From contig NC_086097.1 of NCBI RefSeq assembly GCF_963921235.1, forward strand, positions 95,606,001-95,670,000: a stretch of DNA of 64,000 nucleotides, in the 5' to 3' direction. Below the pieces are notes generated by a model, which saw nothing but the letters and a program-made list of their open reading frames with translations, made no database searches and was not told where the DNA came from. Within the stretch, counting starts at the first letter, position 1. Every line of letters begins with the position of its first letter. The stretch is from Mobula hypostoma. Its lineage: Eukaryota. Below, in pieces: positions 53,111 to 64,000 of this stretch. The position numbers were made by a program, and so were the translations under genes.

Positions 53111-54130
53111 GCTTACTGCTTAGCCCACTGCTCTGCTCTCTCCACACCCACAATTTTGTAGCCAGGTACAGCTCAAACGTCAACTATAAATTTGCTGATG
53201 ACACAACTATTGTTGCCAGGATTTCAGATGGTGATGAGAAGGTGTACAGGAGCAAGACAGATCAGCTGGTTGAGTGGTGTCACAGCAACAACCTTGTCCT
53301 CAATGTCAGTAAGACCAAGAAATTGATTGTGGACTTCAGGAAGGGGAAGGTGAGGGAACACACACCAATCCTCATCGAGGGATAGAAGTGGAAAGGGTGT
53401 GCTTCAAGTTCTTGCGTGCCAACATCTCTCAAGATTCTCTTTAGATTCTTGATGGGTCATCACATGAAGGGATACGGGGCTGAGAGGAAAATTGGATCAG
53501 CTCTGATGAGATAGTAGAGCAGACTTGATGGGCCAAATGGCCTAATTCTGCTCCTATATCTTAATGACGTAGTCAAGACCTATCCTGGCCTCAACGTATT
53601 GATATAATTACAAAGGAGGCACGTCAGCGGCTATATTTCGTGAGGAGTTTGAGCAGATTTAGCATGTCACCAAAGGCATTTGCAAATTTCTACAGATGTA
53701 CTGTGGAGAGGATTCTAACTGGCTGCATCACCGTCTGGTATTGGGGGGGTGGTCACTGCACAGGATTGGAAAAAGCTGCAGAAAGTTGTAAACTCAGCCA
53801 GCTCCATCGTGGGCACCAGCCTCCCCAGCATCCAGACATGCCCTCTTCACACTGCTACCATCAAGGAGCAGGTACAGGACCTGAAGACACACAGTGTTTC
53901 AGGAACAGCTTCTTCCCCTCCACCATCAGATTTTTGGATAGACAATGAGCCCATCAACGCTACCTCAGTGTTTATTCCTTTTTTTTATAATACTTATTTA
54001 ATTTTCGTTCTTATATATACTTCTTACCATAACATAGTTTTTATTACCATGTATTGCAATGTACTTCTGCCGCAAAACATCAAATTTCATGCCATATGCC
54101 AGCGATTTTAAACCTGATTCTGATTCTAAT
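53110..54130 (+). mobile_element. Rex1/Babar LINE 3' kb, interrupted by a CR1 tail (~53435-53565)
   Basis: KFADDTTIV, WCHSNNLVLNVSKTKKLIVDFRK, NFYRCTVERILTGCITVWY; (GATTCT)n tail. Confidence 0.88.
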
Positions 54131-55279
54131 TCCAATGTGGGTGGGTAGGTACAAAACAGAAATCCCACCAGAGTCTTAATTCTTCCAGTCTGCCACAAAG
54201 TCTTTTCTGGCTGCTTACCTTTCTGAATAGAGTAAAAATGATTTATTCTTTCATTACTAAAGCTACTCCTACCTGTACTATTTGTTCATTTTTCCTCACA
54301 ATCGCTACAGTTTGGACTATTTTGCAGTGATGTCTCCATAAAGGCTAGCAAACCAACCTGTCCTTCTGCTCTGTTTCACTTTGTATATTTCTCTCAGCTG
54401 GCTTAATGAAATTACAGCTGTTAGTTTTCCTTTTGCTGCTGGTGCATAAAGAACAATTTTTGAGTATTACTCAACCTTTTCGTGATGCTTGTTTTGGAAA
54501 TACTGCACTCACTCTCCTCCCTTCGCCATAAACTAGTCCTATTATTCATAAGATTAAAATCCTTTTTAGTAATCTATTTCCTGCTCTTTTCCTCTCCATA
54601 TCATCCTTTCAGCTTCTTTAGTTAATTAATCCAATGTCAATTAGTTTGCCAGTAATATAAAGAACATTACCCTTGAGTCCCTTGTCTTTAGTCAAGGTCC
54701 TATTCTTCAATCTCACTCAATGTTTATGGTCCCACCACAGACAACTTCTCCCACAAAGAGACAAAGGTGCACGTGATCAGTACTCTGGCCCCCCACATTG
54801 ACAGTTTTTAATCTATCTTAGCTCCTGCCACGTTCTCTCCTGTTCTTGTGAGTACTCAGAAACAACACCATGCATCATATAACTCATTTCACAAATTAAC
54901 ATGTATCAAAACACCTCAGAGAGGCATTGCTCAAGGTAAGGCACCATGCTACTTAACAGTGCAACAGGTTACTAGGATACAGCCAACACATAATAGGCTC
55001 CAGGCCAAGTCCTGGTCAATAGGATCAGTTCAAATGAAGGGGGTCGACCCATAATGTCAATTGTCCATTTTCCTCTATACTGTAGTTTCTGCCCGACCTG
55101 CTGAGTTCCTCCAGATGTTGCTCCAGATTTCAGCATCTACTGTCACTTCTCTCTTGCTTTCTCAGTAGAAATAGTACCTTATGGGCTGAAGGGCTTATTT
55201 CTGAACATCTAACTTCAAAATATGAAGGAAGTTTACAAAACAGCTGGACTAAAAGGATTGTCTACAAGGAGAGAACAAT

Positions 55280-55548
55280 CGGGTACCACGGTACTGTAGC
55301 GGTCAGTGCGACACCATTACAGCTCGTGGAGTTTCAGAGTTCAGAGTTCAATTCCGGCGCCGTTCTGAACGGAATCTCTGTACATCCTCTCTGTGCAACG
55401 CGTGGGTTTTCTCCAGGTATACTGGTTTCCTCCCACAGGGTAGGTTAATGGGTCATTGTAAATTACCCAGTGATTTGATTACGGTTAATAGTGGTTGTGG
55501 GGCTGGAGGGGCTGGAGGGGCTACTCCGCACTGAAATAAAATAAATAA
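55280..55548 (+). mobile_element. V-SINE
   Basis: cacggtactgtagcggtcagtgcg...gttcaattccggcgcc head; cgtgggttttctccagg core; (TAAAA)n tail. Confidence 0.75.
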
Positions 55549-56054
55549 GAAAACAGGAGACCCTTAAGAAGAGAAGCACCTGTTTTTGGCTCAGAAAACT
55601 GTAGTACAAGCCAGCAGAGATGACAGAATCATGGAGCAGCAGAACATAGGAAGAGGACATTGGTTCCTTTGAGCTATACCAGCTCTCTGGAAGAACATTC
55701 AATTACTCCTGTTACCCTGCCTGTTCCGCAAGTGTTCAGAATATTTCTCATTAAGTATTTAACAAATTTCCTTCAGAACAACATTGCTATATGTTTCCGG
55801 TACTCTTTCAGACAACACATTCCAGATAATCGGAACTTGTGCTGCAAAAACAATTCTCTCAACTCACACATGGTCCTTTTGCACACTGGCTTTCCACAGA
55901 TTCTCATTATTACTTTATCACGACCTTTATTATTTTGAAAACTATGATTAAAAATAATTTTTAAATTTCCATTTACAGTTATTGTGTCAGGTCAAAGACC
56001 TTTTGCCAGACATTGATTTGGTTTGCAGCAGACCTAGATCAGGTGATAAAACCT

Positions 56055-56426
56055 TAAGAGAGAGAAGCAGAATTAGGCCATTCAGCCCATCAAGCATGCT
56101 CCATCATTCCTTTCCATTGCTATTCTATGCCTTCTCCCTGTAGCTCTCAACTCATTTACCAATCAGAATCTATCAATATCTGTCTTAAATACACCCAATA
56201 ACTTGGCCTCCACAGCATCTGTGGCAACAAATTCTACAAATTCACCACCTCATGGCTAAAGAAATTCTTCCTCATCTCAGTTTTAAAGGGATGTCCCTTT
56301 GTTCTGGGGCAGTGTCCTCAGGATCCTAGATTCTCCTATTAATGGAAACATTCCCTCAACGGACACTCTGCCCAAGCCTTTCTGTATCAGTTTGGTTTCA
56401 ATAAAAGGATGCCTCTTCATCCTTCT
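56055..56426 (-). mobile_element. Older CR1 3' fragment, continuing after 57692
   Basis: gaagcagaattaggccattcagccc tail; catccttct joins to gaactccattgag across the younger insertion. Confidence 0.7.
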
Positions 56427-57692
56427 TTGTGCGTGGTAGGTCATGTTTGACCAATCTATTGGAGTTTTTCGAGGAGGTTACCAGGAAAGTGGATGAAGGG
56501 AAGGCAGTGGATATTGTCTACATGGACTTCAGTAAGGCCTTTGACAAGGTCCCGCATGGGAGGTTAGTTAGGAAAATTCAGTTGCTGGGTATACATGGAG
56601 AGGTGGTAAATTGGATTAGACATTGGCTCGATGGAAGAAGCCAGAGAGTGGTGGTAGAGAATTGCTTCTCCGAGTGGAGGCCTGTGACTAGTGGTGTGCC
56701 ACAGGGATCAGTGCTGGGTCCATTGTTATTTGTCATCTATATCAATGGTCTGGATGATAATATGGTAAGTTGGATCAGCAAATTTGCTGATGATACAAAT
56801 ATTGGAGCTGTAGTGGACAGTGAGGAAGGTTTCCAAAGCTTGCTGAGGAATTTGGACCAGCTGGGAAAATGGGCAGATGGAGTTTAATACAGACAAGTGT
56901 GAGGTATTGCACTTTGGAAGGACAAACCAAGGTAGAACATACAAGGTAAATGGTAGGGCACTGAGGAGTGCAGTAGAACAGAGGGATCTGGGAATACAGA
57001 TACAAAATTCCCTAAAAGTGGCATCACAGGTAGATAGGGTCGTAAAGAGAGCTTTTGGTACATTGGCCTTTATAAATCAAAGTATTGAGTGTAAGAGTTG
57101 GAATGTTATGGTGAGGTTGTACAAGGCATTGGTGAGGCTGGATTTGGAGTATTGTGTGCTGTTTTGGTTACCAAATTACAGGAAGGATATTAATAAGGTT
57201 GAAAGAGTGCAGAGAAGGTTTACAAGGATATTACCGGGACTGAGAAACTGAGTTACAGAGAAAGGTTGAATAGGTTGGGACTTTATTCCCTGGAGCGTAG
57301 AAGAATGAGGGGAGATTTGATAGAGGTATATAAAATTATGATGGGTATAGATAGAGTGAATGCAAGCAGGCTTTTTCCACTGAGGCAAGGGGAGAAAAAA
57401 ACCCAGAGGACATGGGTTAAGGTTGAGGGGGGAAAAGTTTAAAGGGAACATTAGGGGGGCTTCTTCACACAGAGAGTGGTGGGAGTATGGAATGAGCTGC
57501 CAGACGAGGTGGTAAATGCGGGTTCTTTTTTAACATTTAAGAATAAATTGGACAGATACATGGATGGGAGGTGTATGGAGGGATATGGTCCGTGTGCAGG
57601 TCAGTGGGACTAGGCAGAAAATGGTTCGGCACAGCCAAGAAGGGCCAAAAGGCCTGTTTCTGTGCTGTAATGTTCTATGGTTCAATGGTTCT
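56427..57692 (+). mobile_element. Young 5'-truncated CR1
   Basis: GRSCLTNLLEFFEEVT, YMDFSKAFDKVPH, SGVPQGSVLGP, KFADDT; tandem (atggttc)-type tail. Confidence 0.95.
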
Positions 57693-58604
57693 GAACTCCA
57701 TTGAGTAAAGACCCAGAGAGACCAAACCTTGATGCAAGCAGCCTTGGTGAAGGAGGAAATACAGGGTTAACAGCTCCAGGATATGTAGCAGCCAAGATGG
57801 CAAATACTGGTCAGGTAGATGTAGTCACTTGTACTAGGATGCATCGAAGACAATGAAGAAGATCTAGTTGCCCTCAGCAGAGAAGAAACATTGTGAAAGA
57901 CTCAACCACCTCTGTCTCACCAGTGATGAAAACTGCTTTTTCCGGCGGCTGCAGGTTAGATGCAACAGAAAAGTTCTCTCAACTATAACGCCTTTCCCAG
58001 CTTCAGGCCAACATCACAAGTAGCTTTCTTATTTCTTCATGGGGTGTGGGCATTGCTAGATGTGCCAGTGTTTATTGTCCATACACGGTACATTGGAACA
58101 TTTCAAAGAGCAACGAGCAATCAATTTGTGACAGCCTCATCTCCACTAGGACCGGATCAGATTCCTTTTTTCCGAAAAGATGTTCATGAACCAGATGGAA
58201 TTTCACGATGACCTGGTAGCTTCGCTGTCATCAAAAGCCATGCTGGCTTTTTAAATTAATTAAATCAACCCGGAATTAAGTTCCCCAACTATCTGTGGTA
58301 GGATCTGAATTAATATCACTGCCTTCTGAATTATTAGTCCAGTGACCTTCAGAAGATAGAACAATGGAGCAGCTTGTCTGATAACAGCAGCTCTGCCATT
58401 CATAGCTTAAAATGATAAACCCACTCCTTCCCCATGAGAACCTCTGCGTTTGAAAAAAATCTGTCTCCTTTTTAAGTATAATTCAATGACTTGGTTTCCA
58501 CAGGCCTTTTTCTGATTCTCATTCTGAGATAAAGAGACCAAAATTGTACACAATACTATAATTCTGTTGAAGTATCCCAAACCAAAATTGTTAACCATTT
58601 CACT

Positions 58605-58930
58605 TTTCTGGGCCATGCCATCTTCTTGCCACTATCATTGGGCAGGAAATACAGAAGCCTAAAGCCCCACACCACCATATTCTTCCTTTCAACTATTTCA
58701 TTTTTGGAAACCCCCAGTCGCTAGAGTTCAGCTACAATGTAGCCACTTGCACTAAAATAGACGGTCGTTATTTGTTCTAATTCTGCTTTCTTGTTAAAGC
58801 TGTATATAATTTATGTTTAATTTAGGTTCTCTTGTGAAAGCTGCTTATCTGATGCTCTGAGCCTGCAAAGCTGCTGCAAGTAAGCTTTTCATTTTGCACC
58901 TGTGCAGATGACAATAAACTTGACTTTAAT
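58605..58930 (+). mobile_element. Rex1-like 3' tail
   Basis: ggccatgccatcttc...gaaatacagaagcctaaag...atgacaataaacttgacttt. Confidence 0.6.
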
Positions 58931-59427
58931 GCCTCACCTGCTGAGTACGTTTCGCATTTTCAGACTCTCAGTGTGTTCAGTTTTTGTGACTTTCACAACT
59001 CCCCTGTTGTGGTTGCTTCTGAGAGCCTGTGAAATTATCACAAGATGTCCTGACTCTTTCACTCGAAACCTCTTGTGGTGAAGCACAACGTACCATTTAC
59101 CTTCTTCACTGCTGGCTGCCCCTTAACTGTTTGCTGGTGTGGAAGGAGACCACCCTCTCTATGCACATTAACATTTCTCAACCGCCATTTAAATGGTGTA
59201 TCTCTCCATAACTTCCGCTTTATTTTGAATTGGATAACCTTGAAGCCTCTCACAAAAAAGGCAACAATATGGTTTTTAATTCCTTGAGTCATCTCAGTTC
59301 ACAGCTGGCAAGCAGGAAGGTCAGGTCTGTGAATATCATGGCGAATGACATGAGCACCATACACAGGATGCTGGGGGAACTCAGCAGGTCAGACAGCATC
59401 TAAGAGTCTTGGCCAAAAACACCACCA

Positions 59428-61910
59428 CTGTGGATTCCAGTTAACTGGGCCATTGGTTAATCAGGGCCAGCCGCTATGGAGCAAATCTACATGAAATGCT
59501 GTCGAAGGAAAGCAGCATACATCAAAGATTCTCACCACTCAGGCCATGCTCTTTTCTCGCTGCTGCCATCAGGTAAAGGAGCCTCAGGACTCACACCACC
59601 AGGTTCATGAACAGTTACTACTCCTCAACCATCAGGCTCCTGATCAAAAGAGGATAACTACACTCATTCTATTGAGATGTTCCTACAACAAATGATCTCA
59701 CTTTAAGAATTCTTGATCTTGTTATTTCAAGCTATTATTATTTATAGCTATTCATTTATATTTGCAGTTGCACAGCTTGTTGTCTTCTGTGGTCTTGCTC
59801 TTTCATTGATCCTGTTAATAGTTACGGTTCTGTAGATCTGCTGAGTATGCCTGCAGATAAAAGAACCTCAGGGTTGTATGTGGCAACATATATGTACTCT
59901 GATCACATATTTTACTTTGAACTTGGTATCTTTTTATTTGGGACAACTCTTAAAGAACAAAAGCAAGTCGAGAAAATAGCCAAGATTCCCTTGGTTTATT
60001 TGGGACACTATGCCACTTGTTTGGGCAGGAGCCTGCAGCCGTGTATTTTCTAACTAGCGTCAGTAGCATACACATTATGTGGCCGTTAAGACTCTACACC
60101 AGGGGTAGGCAACCTACGGCCCACGGGCCAAATCCGGCCTGCGAAGGTATTTTGACTGGCCCGCCAGCAAATATTGGGATGCTTGTTTATCCAGCCCGCG
60201 AGCCAATTTTCCTTTCAGTGTTTCACGCGACCACACTGATGGAAATGCATGGTATCTTGTTACACTGGCCCCAGGTTCCGTTTTGTTCCAAACCAAACAC
60301 TGGTATATACCAATGACGGGAAGGCAGATTATCTGATTAATATGTATTAATTAGATACTCTCCGTGCACGCGCAGGTTTTCAGATGGGATCGTTCAAATT
60401 TGTAAACAGAAACAGCGTCACTGTGTTTTAACAAGAAATCCACGCTAAATATCCGGATATTTACATGTGCTACGATACTTGCTGAGTAAGTCGCGTTTCG
60501 AAATAAAATCGAAGAAAAAAATTCCATTGGCAAAGAATGCAAAACGCAGGAAGGTAGACACTGAGGGCCGAAATTTCCAAGACACTTGGACACTAGATTA
60601 CTTTTTCATCGAGCAAGCTGGGAAACCAGTCTGTCTCATTTGCCTAGATTTTGCTGATTTTTGCTTGCATGCAAATGAGTTCAAGCTGTTTGCTACTCCA
60701 TTAGATGTGGAAGTGGACACTGCATCAGAATTTTTTCAAATGGAATTGATTGAGATGCAGTGAGACGACATATTGAGATTGAAATTTCATTCTGAAGATG
60801 TGTCAGTGCTTGACTTCTATAGAAAATATATTCATCCAAGTGGGAAGTACCCTAACTTAGTGGACCAAGCAAAAAAGATGGCATCATTGTTTGGCAGCAC
60901 GAATCTGTGTGACCAATTATTTTCGAAAATGAAGCACACCAAGACCATTTGAGAACAAGATTGACTGATGCCCATCCAGATAATGTCTTGCTCTTGGCAT
61001 CAACAAGTCTGACAACAAACAGCAAGTTTCACATTGATTTATCGACTGTTTGCATTGTAACTACACTGAGTTCTTTGATTACTAATTGGCATTCTTGGTT
61101 AAGCACAAATTATTTTCCAGCATGCGTTATTCATTAATTTGAGGCAAAACATAACTAGATGTATTTAAATGGATAATTCCCATACTTTAAGTTTTTTATG
61201 GCATTTATCTGGCCCATCGTCCGCTCATTAATATGCGATCCGGCCCACAGAGGCAAAAAGGTTGCCGACCCCTGCTCTACACCATGCTTAGAGCAAACAG
61301 TTTTTAAATAGCATCACTTGCGTGTTTGTGCTCAAAAAGCAGTGATATTTTTCCCTGATAGTTGGCGAGAAATAAGCAGTAAGACAATTCAGAACTGTTT
61401 TGCTCACTGTGGTTTCAAGCATTCAGGCTTGGAGATGCCAGAAATGGTCAGGAAGGAAAATAAAACAATTTCACTACTTCAGAAAGTTAGGAACTACAAA
61501 GAATTTGAAGGTATCGACAATCGTCTTGTATGTTACAATTAAAATGAAGATTTGGAAGATGTGATTGTCAAAAGTATTGTTTGAAGGCAGTCCATTATCT
61601 GCACCTGGTGCCTGCGTTGATTTTGTTCATTTACAGTCAATCAAAAACAACATGGCAGTATACACAGAAGTCCTCCCTCCATAACCATTAGGAACCAATA
61701 AACAGTTTTATGCTACTGTAGTAGTTTTGGTAGTGTTTAATTTATTCTATATTTCATTTAAATACATAATTTGTTACTCAGTTAAATGGTAATTTTTCTT
61801 TTTATATACCTTTTAAACTATATCCATGAACCTTCAGCTACTTGGGACAGTTACTTAATTGGACCAAAATGTACTGGTCCTGATGTGTCCCAGTTAACTG
61901 GAATCCACTG
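59428..61910 (+). mobile_element. Tigger/pogo-like non-autonomous DNA transposon hosting a Rex1 tail (59476-59925) and an hAT element
   Basis: 22-bp TIR c(t)gtggattccagttaactggg / cccagttaactggaatccactg followed by TA; remnant DSWREISSKTIQNCFAHCGF. Confidence 0.85.
60100..61274 (+). mobile_element. SPIN/OC1-group (GTF2IRD2/EPM2AIP1-like) hAT internal-deletion derivative
   Basis: TIR CAGGGGTAGGCAACC / GGTTGCCGACCCCTG; perfect TSD CTCTACAC; KRRKVDTEGRNFQDTW..YFF....KPVCLIC and QMELIEMQ...MASLFGSTNLCDQLFSKMK. Confidence 0.92.
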
Positions 61911-63229
61911 TATTTATTCCTCTTTATCGATGCTGCCTGATCTGTCGAGTTCCTCCAGTATTTAGTGTGTGTTGCTCAGGATTTCAAACATCTACAAAAT
62001 CTCTTGTATCTGGTGAATTTTTACATCACAGCTTCAAATTGGCATGAACTCCACTCAGTGACAACGTCTCCTCTCGGGGTTCTGTCCCCACCCCTTACTT
62101 TGCTATGTGTGCACAGCATAGTGACACTTGAAAATGCAGACAAAAAAATAACCAGTAAACTTTAGTACCACAGCCAGTTTCAAGTTATTGATCACATTTG
62201 TTACAGGATATTCCAAGGTTGCTATTGACTAGTCAGAGCTGGCCTTACAAGGAAGCTGTATGTTTGTCACCAAACAATGAGTTCTGTCTCTTACAAATTC
62301 CAAAGGCTGTCTCCTGCAGATCCCCTGCACATTTTCACTTTTGTTAGAATTGGGACTCAATCCTCTCCGAACTTCCACTCCCACTTCACATCAACAGGCC
62401 CTGGACCCCTAAACACTTCAATCCTCAACACTTGCAAAACTTGGCTGGGCAGAAGTCATCTCCTACTCTGCACTGCCTACACCATCAATTCCAGGCTAAG
62501 CCTGGATTTCAATGAGCCAAGGTGCGCAGCAGCAAGGCAAAGACGACTGAGAGAGCAGTCGTGTAGTTATACGTCCTTGCAAAGAAAACTCAGGTGTGAC
62601 GATACATCCATAGACCAGGTATTTACACATTTGCATTAGATTTTTAATCAATGAGCAGGCTCAGGCTTTTTTTTTTGAGGGGGGGAATGGAATAATGATG
62701 TTGGGTTCTCAAGTGAGGCATCAAGAATCATTGTTGATCAGCTAAGGGGTTAGAAACCTTCAACAAACTTACCTGGTTTCATCGGTTGGCATGAAAAAGA
62801 CATTACCGGGGCACTAGCACTGATCCTGTTCAGCTACCTACACTCTACTGCTCGTGGAGCTCTGATACTGGTTATATCTCCCACTGACCACAAAGTTTCA
62901 AGCAGGTCCCTGCAGGAGGTCAGAGGACAATAATCTGGGTAACTGGGGGAAAAATAAGTAAGATGGCCTCTAATAGAGTTCCAGTCTGCTAGTCGGAAAC
63001 ACTGCACCCTCAAACGTTGTTAGGTGATAAGAACTGGTCAGACCATGGTTTCAAATCCAAGCCATGCACTGGGTTAACGTGTTGGAATAAGTACAGTATT
63101 CAGAAAGCCAGCCCTCCAGTAGGAAAGTCCAGGACAGACATTCTATAATTCCTTATACAACCCCTCTCTATCTCCCCTCCTCCCAACGCCACTCAGTGTG
63201 AAAAGAGATTTGTTGTTCAATTCTGTTTA

Positions 63230-63513
63230 GAAACCATAGAAACCATCGAAACTACAGCACAGAAACAGGCCTTTTGGCCCTTCTTGGCTGTGCCGAACCA
63301 TTTTCTGCCTAGTCCCACTGACCTGCACACGGACCATATCCCTCCATACACCTCCCATCCATGTATCTGTCCAATTTATTCTTAAATGTTAAAAAAGAAC
63401 CCGCATTTACCACCTCATCTGGCAGCTCATTCCATACTCCCACCACTCTCTGTGTGAAGAAGCCCCCCCCTAATGTTCCCTTTAATCTTTCACCCCTCAC
63501 CCTTAACCCATGT
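63230..63513 (-). mobile_element. Young CR1 3' end
   Basis: Nearly identical reverse complement of ~57410-57690. Confidence 0.92.
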
Positions 63514-64000
63514 CAACAACAGGAATTCTGCAGATGCTGGAAATTCAAGCAACATACATCAAAGTTGCTGGTGAACGCAGCAGGCCAGGCGGCATCTCTA
63601 GGAAGAGGTGCAGTCGACGTTTCAGGCCGAGACCCTTCGTCAGGACTAACTGAAGGAAGAGTGAGTAAGGGATTTGAAAGCTGGAGGGGGAGGGGGAGGG
63701 GGAGATGCAAAATGATAGGAGAAGACAGGAGGGGGAGGGATAGAGCCGAGAGCTGGACAGGTGATAGGCAAAAGGGGATACGAGAGGATCATGGGACAGG
63801 AGGTCCGGGAAGAAAGACAAGGGGGGGGGTGACCCAGAGGATGGGCAAGAGCTATATTCAGAGGGACAGAGGGAGAAAAAGGAGAGTGAAAGAAAGAATG
63901 TGTGCATAAAAATGAGTAACAGCTGGGGTACGAGGGGGAGGTGGGGCCTAGCGGAAGTTAGAGAAGTCAATGTTCATGCCATCAGGTTGGAGGCTACCCA
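63514..64000 (-). mobile_element. Penelope-like element 3' end, running off the window
   Basis: gcagcaggccaggcggcatctctaggaagagg...gtcgacgtttcaggccgagacccttcgtcaggac terminal repeat; ggtagcctccaacctgatggcatgaacattgacttctct endonuclease C-terminus. Confidence 0.85.

Noticed and set aside
57921..57948. 28-nt minus-strand micro-exon reading PPEKAVFITG (SDR-like)
   Set aside because: Too short, no following exon with the glycine-rich motif found; consistent with chance.
59059..59292. 77-aa minus-strand ORF as a host exon
   Set aside because: Its end (AVKKVNGTLCFTTRGFE) resembles degraded CR1 ORF2.

Overview
Eukaryotic, repeat-dense vertebrate genomic DNA. The repeat mix (CR1 LINEs, Penelope-like elements, Rex1/Babar tails, V-SINE/HE1-like SINEs, hAT and Tigger DNA transposons) suggests a cartilaginous fish, probably a ray; this is inference. 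One gene is confidently identified: the single-exon CDS of TMEM229B (26178-26687, minus). A probable terminal coding exon of a second, unidentified minus-strand gene lies at 40470-40617 and is absent from the ORF track in that frame. Several weaker candidate minus-strand exons lie at 2-14.5 kb. Other main structures: a ~3 kb 44-bp minisatellite, a full-length but inactivated L1 with 14-bp target-site duplications (TSDs), a near full-length CR1 carrying nested insertions, and two multi-level transposon nests. There are no rRNA, tRNA or CRISPR features. I found no convincing new biological system; the best leads are gene-structure oddities and unusual transposon architectures. Repeat family names come from recalled motifs, not database searches, and boundaries of degraded repeats are approximate.
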